From Candidatus Latescibacterota bacterium (GTDB lineage: Bacteria; Latescibacterota; UBA2968; UBA8231), in contig CBDETK010000013.1 in assembly GCA_965242865.1 (NCBI GenBank), positions 3,168,001 through 3,232,000 of the forward strand: a stretch of 64,000 nucleotides of DNA, read 5' to 3'. A program made the position numbers and the translations under genes. Below, one piece after another: positions 29,116 to 37,881 of the stretch. Position 1 is the stretch's first letter. The number at the start of each line of letters is the position of its first letter. The notes below the pieces were generated by a model. That model made no database searches. It worked only from the letters and a program-made list of their open reading frames with translations, and was not told where the DNA came from.

Positions 29116-31239
29116 ATGCGCGGCTTGCTTTTTGCGATTGGCTTATTGACGGCTCCGCTTGGAGCCTTGGCCCTAACGTGGGATTTTGACGAGGGCACCA
29201 CGTGGGGCTGGACCGCCCAAGAGGCGGGTTTCTACAGCACTAGGGGAACGGCTGATGCCACCACGGTGTACAGCGAAGTCGAAGACGGCGTCTGGCGTAT
29301 TGCGCCCGTGCCGGGGGCTCAAAAACCGACCCTTCAGTTGCGCTCACCGCCGATTGGCGAAGACTCGGCCCTGTTCGACTATGTCACCCTCCGGCTCCGC
29401 ATCATCCACCATACCCCGACCGCGGGAACTCTCTTGATGCGATGGTTCAATTCCGAGTACACAAGACTCCTCGGTCTGTACCAACACGAAGACGAAGACG
29501 AAGACGAAGTGGTGCCGTTTTCAACGAGCCGTTTTCAACTCTATCCCACTCAATGGGAAGACATCACCATAGATATACGCGCCTTAGAAGCGAACCCAGA
29601 AATCGCGATCGTCTGGCAGGACACCCTTTTTGAATTCCATTTTGACTTGGACCTACACACCGCCGCACAGGGACCGGCCGATCATCCGGCCTTTGTCGAA
29701 GTAGATTGGATTCAACTGACCGGGGCTGAAGAGTTACTGCTAGGGGAATTGTCGCCCCGGGCCATCGTCGTGGAGGCGGGCGTACCCGGGGCGTTGTTCG
29801 CCGAACCGGCCTTTTTCCCCCTCGTTGAGGGCATCACAGGCAAAACAGTGGGCCTTGGACAATCGGCGGGTACTTTGGGGGATGTGGATGGCGATGGCGA
29901 TGTGGATCTAGTAGCGGTTTGGAATCGCTTGACCGCCACCGGAAGCGACCATGGTTGGCTCATAGCCTCCAACGATGGCTTCGGCGGCTTTGCTCCCACC
30001 CAAGAGGAGGCCGCAAGTGCCTACCTCAGTCTCCAAGGAAGCGACTTCGATGGGGATGGGCTGTTAGACTTGGTCTTTGATGGAGAACGGATAGTCGAAC
30101 TGTGGCACAACCGGGGCGAGGATGGCTTTGAGAGCACGTTGCGGCTGTCCGGCGTTGAGTTCATCGGCTTAGCCGATGGCGAGGGCGATGGCGATGTGGA
30201 CCTGTTGGTTCTTGAGCTTGACGACGAATCGCCCCACGTGGTGTTGTGGCTCAACGATGGCGACGCCGGATTTGTCCGCAGCGATCGGTTTGATCTCGAC
30301 AGCGAAGAGGAGCTCCTTCCGTACCCGACCTCCGAGCAAGTGCCGGGCGAGGCCGTTCATCTGTTGTGGAACCGCCCCTGCTACCTGCCTCAAGGGCCGT
30401 GGCAACGGACCCGGCCGTGGGCGACCAGCGAGGAGCCGCCGCTGTTTTTCGAGACCGAGGTCAACCCCTGTACTCTACAACTGCTCGCCGATGTGGATGG
30501 CGATGGAGAAGTGGATTTACTCAGCGTCTCTGTGATAAGAGAGTTCTTCTTCACCGCCACCACCTATCACGGTTTGGACTTGTGGCGGTTGGACGCTTCG
30601 GGCGGGGTGTCTCGCCACCCCCTGCTCGGCTCGCAGGTACAGGTGTCGCATCGCGCCATTGCCCACGACCTCAACGGCGATGGCCTGTTGGACTTGGCCT
30701 TGGTTGATGGCAACTTAGCCACCGGACCGGCGCTGGTGGTGCTGGTCGGCCAGCGCGATGGGCTGCCCGTCGTCGAAGGCCGCTACCGGCTGCCGGGCAC
30801 GGGCGGCCAAGTGCTCCCCGGCGACGTAAACGGCGATGGGGCCGCCGATCTGGTCGTTCTCGGACGAAGCGTGGCAGGCGGTCCGGGCGGAGCCTTCGTC
30901 TTCCTCAACCAGCATACGCCAGCCACCGCCATCGCCGCCGAGACCACGACCACCCCCTCAGCCTTTGTCCTCGGGGCCAACTACCCCAACCCGTTCAATC
31001 CGGCCACGACCATCCCCTTGGCACTGCCCGCCGACGCCAGCGAGGTGGCCTTAACTATCTACAATGTCTTGGGGCAGCCGGTGCGCCGCGTATGGGCAGG
31101 TTCGTTGGCAGCGGGCGCACACCGGCTGGCTTGGGATGGCCGGGACGCGCAGGGGCAGCCCGTCGCCGCGGGGGTCTATTGGTATCGGTTGCAGGTGGAC
31201 GATCAGACGCACACCCGCAAGATGATCAAAATCGAATAG
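29116..31239 (+). CDS. FG-GAP/FlgD protein, paralog H
   Basis: Start reassigned to ATG 29116 after GGAGG. Confidence 0.88.
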   Translation: MRGLLFAIGLLTAPLGALALTWDFDEGTTWGWTAQEAGFYSTRGTADATTVYSEVEDGVWRIAPVPGAQKPTLQLRSPPIGEDSALFDYVTLRLRIIHHTPTAGTLLMRWFNSEYTRLLGLYQHEDEDEDEVVPFSTSRFQLYPTQWEDITIDIRALEANPEIAIVWQDTLFEFHFDLDLHTAAQGPADHPAFVEVDWIQLTGAEELLLGELSPRAIVVEAGVPGALFAEPAFFPLVEGITGKTVGLGQSAGTLGDVDGDGDVDLVAVWNRLTATGSDHGWLIASNDGFGGFAPTQEEAASAYLSLQGSDFDGDGLLDLVFDGERIVELWHNRGEDGFESTLRLSGVEFIGLADGEGDGDVDLLVLELDDESPHVVLWLNDGDAGFVRSDRFDLDSEEELLPYPTSEQVPGEAVHLLWNRPCYLPQGPWQRTRPWATSEEPPLFFETEVNPCTLQLLADVDGDGEVDLLSVSVIREFFFTATTYHGLDLWRLDASGGVSRHPLLGSQVQVSHRAIAHDLNGDGLLDLALVDGNLATGPALVVLVGQRDGLPVVEGRYRLPGTGGQVLPGDVNGDGAADLVVLGRSVAGGPGGAFVFLNQHTPATAIAAETTTTPSAFVLGANYPNPFNPATTIPLALPADASEVALTIYNVLGQPVRRVWAGSLAAGAHRLAWDGRDAQGQPVAAGVYWYRLQVDDQTHTRKMIKIE

Positions 31240-31268
31240 ACGACCAAAGTTATCACTGGAGGCAAACT

Positions 31269-33428
31269 ATGCGCGGCTTGTTTTTTGCGATTGGCTTATT
31301 GACCGCTCCGGTTGGAGCCTTGGCCTTAACGTGGGATTTTGACGAGGGCACCACGTGGGGCTGGACCGCCCAAGAGAGCTACTTAGGCGATGACGACAGA
31401 GATCCCACCACGGTGTACAGCGAAGTCGAAGACGGCGTCTGGCGCATTGCGCCGGTGCCGGACGGACAACGACCGGCCATTACGTTGTACTCGCCGCCGA
31501 TTGGGGAAGACTCGGCCCTATTCGACTATGTCACCCTCCGGCTCCGCATCCTCCATGATAGCCCCACCGGGGGGAATCTCTTTATGGACTGGTTCAATGC
31601 CGAGTACAAAAGACTCCGGGAGGAAAGAAGACTCAAACAGGCAGCGGGCCAACGCATACCAAGCTACGGGTCGAAGTTTTCGATGGGCCGTTATCAAATC
31701 TATCCCACCCAATGGGAAGACATCACGATAGATATACGCGCCTTAGAAGCCGCTGCGGAAGCGAATCCAGAAGTCGCGATCGTCTGGCAGGACACCCTTT
31801 TTGAGTTTTATTTTGACTTGGCTCTAAACACCGCCGCGCAGGGGCCGGCCGATCATCCGTCCTTTGTCGAAGTAGATTGGATTCAACTGACCGGGGTCGA
31901 AGAGTTGCTCTTGGGGGAATTGCCGCCCCGGAGGATCGCCGCGCCGGCTGGGTCGCCCGGCGCGTTGTTCGCCGCGCCCAACTTCTCCCCCCTCGGCGAA
32001 GGCGTCCAAGACTCCCGACTCTCGGAAAATGCTTTGGGGGATGTGGATGGCGATGGGGATGTGGATATGGTGGTGGCCTATGTGCGCGGCTCTACGAGAG
32101 TAGAAACGGGCTGGATGGTGGCGTCCAACGACGGGCGGGGTGGTTTTGTCCCCACCCAAGAGGTCGCTCTCTTCAAGGGCAAGGGCTCTTACCCCTACCC
32201 CCACTTTGAGGGCGTCGATTTTGATGGGGATGGACTCCTCGATCTGGTCGTTTCAGGGAGGGATTCCGTTGACCTGTTGTACAATCAGGGCAAGGACGGT
32301 TTTGAAACGGCCCTACAACTGTTTGTACCTGATTTCCTTTTCGTTGGCTTGGCCGATGGTGATGGTGATGGCGATGTGGACCTATTGGGAGTGGAAAGCG
32401 GCGACACTCGGCCTAACGTGACGATGTGGTTCAACGATGGCGACGCCGGGTTTGTCCGCCGTGATCGGTTCAGCCTCGACACCGAGGAGGACCTTTTTCC
32501 TCGGATACTCCCAGGGCAGCCGCCGGGCGAGGCCGTGCGCCTGTTGTGGACCCGACCCTGCTACCTGCCCCAAGGAGCTTTGCAACTGACCCAACCATGG
32601 GCGGCTAGCGAGGAGCCGCCGCTGTTTTTCGAGACCACGGTCGACCCCTGTGACCAACTGCACTTGCTCGCTGATCTGGATGGCGATGGAGCGGTAGAAT
32701 TCGTCGGACCGCCCGATCAGGATCTACAATTCGACTCTCGCGACATCACCACCTACCACGGTTTGGCCCTGTGGCGTCTGGACGAGTCGGGCGAGTTGGT
32801 ACGCCACGTTCTGCTTGATTCAGAGGTGCTTTTACCGCATCGCGCCATTGCCCACGACCTGACCGGCGATGGCCTGTTGGACTTGGCCGTGGTCGATGGC
32901 AATTTAGCTACCGGACCGGCGCTGGTGGTGCTGGTCGGCCAGCGCGATGGGCTGCCCGTCGTCGAAGGCCGCTACCGGCTGCCGGGCACGGGCGGCCAAG
33001 TGCTCCCCGGCGATGTAAACGGCGATGGGGCAACCGATCTGGTGGTGCTGGGGCGGAATATGGCAGGCGGTCCCGTCGGAGCCTTCGTCTTCCTCAACCA
33101 GCATACGCCAGCCACCGCGGTCACTATTGAGACCGCGACTGTCCCCTCAGCCTTTGTCCTCGGCGCCAACTATCCCAACCCGTTCAATCCGGCCACGACC
33201 ATCCCCCTTACCCTGCCCGCCAGTGCCGAGGCGGTGGACGTAACCATCTACAATGTCTTGGGGCAGCCCGTGCGCCGAGTATGGAACGGTTCGTTGGCCG
33301 CCGGCGCACACCGGCTAGCTTGGGATGGCCGGGACGCCGCGGGCAAGCCGGTCGCCGCGGGGGTCTATTGGTATCGGTTGCAGGTGGACGATCAGACGCA
33401 CACCCGCAAGATGGTCAAAATCGAATAG
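31269..33428 (+). CDS. FG-GAP/FlgD protein, paralog I
   Basis: Start reassigned to ATG 31269 after GGAGG. Confidence 0.88.
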   Translation: MRGLFFAIGLLTAPVGALALTWDFDEGTTWGWTAQESYLGDDDRDPTTVYSEVEDGVWRIAPVPDGQRPAITLYSPPIGEDSALFDYVTLRLRILHDSPTGGNLFMDWFNAEYKRLREERRLKQAAGQRIPSYGSKFSMGRYQIYPTQWEDITIDIRALEAAAEANPEVAIVWQDTLFEFYFDLALNTAAQGPADHPSFVEVDWIQLTGVEELLLGELPPRRIAAPAGSPGALFAAPNFSPLGEGVQDSRLSENALGDVDGDGDVDMVVAYVRGSTRVETGWMVASNDGRGGFVPTQEVALFKGKGSYPYPHFEGVDFDGDGLLDLVVSGRDSVDLLYNQGKDGFETALQLFVPDFLFVGLADGDGDGDVDLLGVESGDTRPNVTMWFNDGDAGFVRRDRFSLDTEEDLFPRILPGQPPGEAVRLLWTRPCYLPQGALQLTQPWAASEEPPLFFETTVDPCDQLHLLADLDGDGAVEFVGPPDQDLQFDSRDITTYHGLALWRLDESGELVRHVLLDSEVLLPHRAIAHDLTGDGLLDLAVVDGNLATGPALVVLVGQRDGLPVVEGRYRLPGTGGQVLPGDVNGDGATDLVVLGRNMAGGPVGAFVFLNQHTPATAVTIETATVPSAFVLGANYPNPFNPATTIPLTLPASAEAVDVTIYNVLGQPVRRVWNGSLAAGAHRLAWDGRDAAGKPVAAGVYWYRLQVDDQTHTRKMVKIE

Positions 33429-33450
33429 ACGACCGATTTGGAGGTGCATG

Positions 33451-35565
33451 ATGCGCGGCTTGCTTTTTGCGATTGGATTGTTGACCGCTCCGGTTGGAGC
33501 CTTGGCCTTAACGTGGGATTTCGACGAGGACACCACGTGGGGCTGGACCGCCCAAGAGGCGGGTTCCTATAGCACTAGGGGAACGGAGGATGTCACTACG
33601 GTACACAGCGAAGTGGAAGATGGCGTTTGGCGTCTTGCGCCCGTGCCGGAGGCTCGAAAACCCACCCTTCAGTTGCGCTCGCCGCCGATTGAGGAAGACT
33701 CCGCCCTGTTCGACTCCGTTACCCTCCGGTTACGCATCATCCACCATACCCCCACTGAGGGCAATCTCGTGATGCGATGGTTCAATGCTGAGTACACAAG
33801 ACGCCTCGGGCTGAACCGACGCGAAGGAGATACTCAGTTTCGGATGAGCCGTTATCAACTCTATCCCACTCAATGGGAAGCCATCACCGTAGATATACGC
33901 GCCTTAGAAGCCGCAGCCGTAGCCGACCCAGCCGCCGCGATCGTCTGGCAGGACACCCTTTTTGAATTCCATTTTGACTTGGATCTAAACACCGGCGCAC
34001 AGGGGCCGGCCGATCATCCGTCCTTTGTCGAAGTAGATTGGATTCAGCTAACGGGGGTTGAAGAGTTACTGCTGGGGGAGTTGCCGCCCCGGGCCATCGT
34101 CGTGGAGGCGGGCGTACCCGGCGCGTTGTTCGGCGAACCGGCCTTTTTTCCCCTCGTTGAGGGCATCACAGGCAAAACAGTGATCCTTGGAGAATCGGCG
34201 GGTACTTTGGGGGATGTGGATGGCGATGGCGATGTGGACCTCGTGGCGATGTGGAACCGCCGCACCGCCACCGGAAGTGCCCATGGCTGGGTAATAGCCG
34301 CCAACGATGGCTTCGGCGGCTTTGTCCCCACTCAAGAGGAGACCACAAGCCCAGACCTCGGTCTCCAAGGGAGCGACTTCGATGGGGATGGGCTGTTCGA
34401 CTTGGTCTTTAGTGGCGACCGGATCGTCGAACTGTGGCATAACGAAGGGGAAGATGGGTTTGCGAGCACGTTGCAGCTATCCGGCGTCAAGTTACTTGTC
34501 CTCGCCGATGGCGAGGGCGATGGCGATGTGGACCTGTTGGTTCATGAGCCTGACGACTTATCGTCCCACGTGATTTTGTGGATCAACGACGGCGACGCCG
34601 GCTTCGTCCGCCGGGAGCGGTTCGATCTCGACAGCGAAGAGAGACTCTATCCGTACCCGCGCTCCAAGCAACCGCCGGGCGAGGCCGTGCGCCTGTTGTG
34701 GAACCGCCCCTGCTACTTACCCGTAGGGCCTTGGCGCCTGACCCGGCCGTGGGCGGCTAGTGCGGAGGAGCCGCTGTTTTTTGAGACCGCGCTCAACCCC
34801 TGTACGCTGGACCTAATCGCTGATCTGGATGGCGATGGGGCGGTGGAGTTCGTCGGTTCCCTTGAACTGCGCCGGTTCCTCGGCCTCATCTACCACGGCT
34901 TGGCCGTGTGGCGGGTGGACGCTTCGGGTGGGGTGTCCCGCCATCCCCTGCTCGGTCCGCAGATGATTGCGTCGCATCGCTCCATTGCCCACGACCTCAA
35001 CGGCGATGGCCTGTTGGACTTGGCTGTGGTCGATGGCAACTTGGCGACTGGACCGGCGTTAGTGGTGCTGACCGGCCAGCGCGATGGGCTGCCCGTCGTC
35101 GAAGGCCGCTATCGGCTGCCGGGCACGGGCGGTCAAGTCCTCCCAGGCGACGTAAACGGCGATGGGGCTGTCGATCTGGTGGTGCTGGGGCGGAATATGG
35201 AAGGCGGTCCGGGCGGAGCCTTCGTCTTTCTAAACCAGCATACGCCAGCCACCACGGTCACTACTGAGACCGCGACTGTCCCCTCAGCCTTTGTCCTCGG
35301 GGCCAACTATCCCAACCCGTTCAATCCAGCCACGACCATCCCCTTGGTGCTGCCTGCCCAAGCCGGCGAGGTGGCCTTAACCATCTACAACGTCTTGGGG
35401 CAGCCGGTGCGCCACGTATGGGCGGGTTCGTTGGCCGCCGGCGAACACCGACTGGCTTGGGATGGCCGGGACGCGCAGGGACAGCCGGTCGCCGCGGGGG
35501 TCTATTGGTATCGGTTGCAGGTGGGCGATCAGACGCACACCCGCAAGATGATCAAAATCGAATAG
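33451..35565 (+). CDS. FG-GAP/FlgD protein, paralog J
   Basis: Start reassigned to MRGLL. Confidence 0.88.
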   Translation: MRGLLFAIGLLTAPVGALALTWDFDEDTTWGWTAQEAGSYSTRGTEDVTTVHSEVEDGVWRLAPVPEARKPTLQLRSPPIEEDSALFDSVTLRLRIIHHTPTEGNLVMRWFNAEYTRRLGLNRREGDTQFRMSRYQLYPTQWEAITVDIRALEAAAVADPAAAIVWQDTLFEFHFDLDLNTGAQGPADHPSFVEVDWIQLTGVEELLLGELPPRAIVVEAGVPGALFGEPAFFPLVEGITGKTVILGESAGTLGDVDGDGDVDLVAMWNRRTATGSAHGWVIAANDGFGGFVPTQEETTSPDLGLQGSDFDGDGLFDLVFSGDRIVELWHNEGEDGFASTLQLSGVKLLVLADGEGDGDVDLLVHEPDDLSSHVILWINDGDAGFVRRERFDLDSEERLYPYPRSKQPPGEAVRLLWNRPCYLPVGPWRLTRPWAASAEEPLFFETALNPCTLDLIADLDGDGAVEFVGSLELRRFLGLIYHGLAVWRVDASGGVSRHPLLGPQMIASHRSIAHDLNGDGLLDLAVVDGNLATGPALVVLTGQRDGLPVVEGRYRLPGTGGQVLPGDVNGDGAVDLVVLGRNMEGGPGGAFVFLNQHTPATTVTTETATVPSAFVLGANYPNPFNPATTIPLVLPAQAGEVALTIYNVLGQPVRHVWAGSLAAGEHRLAWDGRDAQGQPVAAGVYWYRLQVGDQTHTRKMIKIE

Positions 35566-35571
35566 ACGCAC

Positions 35572-35800
35572 GATTTGACTGCGCGATCTACAGACCTTGT
35601 ATTGCTGCATAGAGCACTGGCCATAGACGAACCGCTCGGTCGGCTCGAAGGACTGGGCCTTGAATACGACACCTTGGGACAAATCTATCTCCAGACGGAG
35701 CGGCTCGACTAGACTTGGTCGTGCTGGAAAATGCCGTGCGCGGGGGGGGGCAGTGGCATATACATCCTGTCCAACCAGACAAAAACAGACGACTGAATGG
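35572..35800 (+). pseudogene. Deletion scar made of pieces of the 13.57-16.16 kb region
   Basis: Segments match ~13567-13594, ~14087-14119 (TPR) and ~16075-16164 (end of paralog K). Confidence 0.75.
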
Positions 35801-35832
35801 ATAGCCTTGCGAAAAGAAAGGGGAATAAGACG

Positions 35833-37137
35833 ATGAGACGACCGTGGAAAGTACCGCTCCGCAAAAACAGACCCCTGCAAAGCTGCTTGGCGGTGTCGCT
35901 GGCCTTGCATCTGCTGGTGATCTTCGGCATCACGCACCGCGAGCAGGTTGCTCAGTTTCCCGTCCTACAGCCGATCATGGTGGAGTTCACCAAACGCCCA
36001 CCGCCGCAGCGCACCCTCACCCGCCGGCAACGGCCCCGCCAACGGCCCTTAGTGCGCCGCCCCGCCCTGCAAGCCGCCCCGGTCGCCGCGGTGCGCCCGG
36101 CTCCCTCGGCGACGCGCCCCCTGCCGATGTTCAAGACGTCGGCACTTAGGCTACCGATGGCAGCATTGCCGGATCGACTGGTGCTACCCGTGCCGGATTT
36201 CCCCGCTCGGCACATTGGTCCGCAAACGCAGGCTGGGGCATTGGAAGGGACGCGACAGGGGGCCGACGAGATCGACTTGGCCTTAGAACTGATGGATGTG
36301 CAGGCCATGGACACCGGCCAGCACCGGGCGATGGTGGTCGTCGATCCAAAAGACCGGCGTCAACTCAAGGGATTCCTCTACATGTCCAATGTATATAGCC
36401 CTTCCATTGAACGGGCTGAGCGAGAAACATCACGCCGACTTTGGGAAACGCGCCAAATGCAAGAAAACCGGATGCTGCAAGGGTTGGCCGACAAAATGGT
36501 CGCCAGTACGCAGGTTCACGCCGAAGTGCTCGACGCGGTGGCACTGGACGACCCCCAACTATTGCAGGTGCCCTTCGTCCTCCTGACGGCAAGTGGGTCC
36601 TTTGAGTTCACCGAGGCGGAGACAGCTAATCTCGGAGCGTACCTGACTTCGGGCGGCTTTCTGTTTGCGGAGATTGTCAGCGAATTGCGCCCCAACTACA
36701 GCGACACCGAGTTGGACATTCCCGCGGTGCGCTCCCTCATTCGCGCCAGCTTGCAGGCGGCGGGTTATCAAGAGTGGAAGGACTGGCAATTTAGACGCCT
36801 AGAGCTAACCCATCCGATCTATCATTGCTTCTACGATGTGGAGAGTCTCCCCCGCGGGATGCGCGACATGCACTATGCAATAGGAGTGCCGCTCACGCCG
36901 GACTATTTGGAGGGCATCGTCGTCGGGGATCAGTTGGTGGGCGTGTATTCGATGCGCGGATACGCGGATTTCTGGTCGGGGCTGGCCGAGCAGGAATCGG
37001 AGACTTTTGATGTGATCAACAGTCCGTTTTTGGCCAGTGCCGAGGAGCCGCTGGTGTATAACTTGGGCGTCAATTTCTTGGTGTATGCGTTGACGCGAGA
37101 AGGCTCATTGGCCCAACAATTAGTCGATGCAGACTAA
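35833..37137 (+). CDS. DUF4159-like protein, paralog 4
   Basis: MRRPWK start, homologous to 20245 and 24644. Confidence 0.8.
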   Translation: MRRPWKVPLRKNRPLQSCLAVSLALHLLVIFGITHREQVAQFPVLQPIMVEFTKRPPPQRTLTRRQRPRQRPLVRRPALQAAPVAAVRPAPSATRPLPMFKTSALRLPMAALPDRLVLPVPDFPARHIGPQTQAGALEGTRQGADEIDLALELMDVQAMDTGQHRAMVVVDPKDRRQLKGFLYMSNVYSPSIERAERETSRRLWETRQMQENRMLQGLADKMVASTQVHAEVLDAVALDDPQLLQVPFVLLTASGSFEFTEAETANLGAYLTSGGFLFAEIVSELRPNYSDTELDIPAVRSLIRASLQAAGYQEWKDWQFRRLELTHPIYHCFYDVESLPRGMRDMHYAIGVPLTPDYLEGIVVGDQLVGVYSMRGYADFWSGLAEQESETFDVINSPFLASAEEPLVYNLGVNFLVYALTREGSLAQQLVDAD

Positions 37138-37175
37138 TATGGAATGTTCATCGGCCCTGTTTTTGCCTATGAATA

Positions 37176-37549
37176 GTCATTCCCGCAAAAGCGGGAATCC
37201 AGTCTTGAATGATGCAGGCTTGCTATAGTAAGCACTTGACCTATTGGAGTATTCTTGCCGAAAGGAGGTTTCGTTATGCTCATGATGACATTACCTGAAG
37301 CCGAAAAGCGACACATTTTGGCAGCTCTCCAAGTCACCAAATTCGCACGAGGTGCGACATCTCTCTGCTGGTTGTCCCTTGCGTCTAAACGATACCGGCT
37401 GGATTCCCGCTTGCGCGGGAATGACGCTTCGTAAGTAAAAAAGACGGTCCCGATCAACATTCTATGCTTTCGAGTCATTTAGGACTTATTCGCTTGATCC
37501 TTCCCGCGAACGAACGTCATCCCGCGCCCTGACACGGAGCGGGAATCCA
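37176..37549. repeat. REP-like palindromes of the GTCATTCCCGC-N4-GCGGGAATCCA type
   Basis: 37176-37202, inverted copy 37399-37425, degenerate copy 37516-37549. Confidence 0.75.
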
Positions 37550-37848
37550 TGGAAGCAATGACCAAACAACCCGTCGTGTACATAATGGCGAGCAAGCGCA
37601 ACGGAACACTTTATACAGGAGTAACCGGCGACTTGCCCGCTCGCGTGTGGCAACATAAAAACAACGCCACAGAGGGATTTACTAAAAAATACAGCGTACA
37701 TACATTGGTTTATGTTGAACCACACGAAGATATGCTGTCAGCGATTAAACGGGAAAAACAAATAAAGAAATGGCGCCGTCAATGGAAACTGGAACTCATA
37801 GAACGGCAGAATCCTACTTGGCGTGATTTATATGAAGACCTTGTCTGA
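37549..37848 (+). CDS. Small GIY-YIG nuclease family protein
   Basis: VYIMASKRNGTLYTGVT.DL..RVWQH...AIKREKQIKKWRRQWKLELIE..NP.WRDL. Confidence 0.92.
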   Translation: MEAMTKQPVVYIMASKRNGTLYTGVTGDLPARVWQHKNNATEGFTKKYSVHTLVYVEPHEDMLSAIKREKQIKKWRRQWKLELIERQNPTWRDLYEDLV

Positions 37849-37881
37849 AATGCGGCCCGAAGCTCGTTATCCCTTAAATAA

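Noticed and set aside
4957-35565. Diversity-generating retroelement as the source of variation
   Set aside because: No reverse transcriptase or template repeat is seen; variation includes large indels and is not visibly adenine-specific.
4957-35565. CRISPR array or integron cassette array
   Set aside because: The repeats are coding domains hundreds of bp long; there is no short repeat-spacer periodicity, attC-like site, cas gene or integrase.
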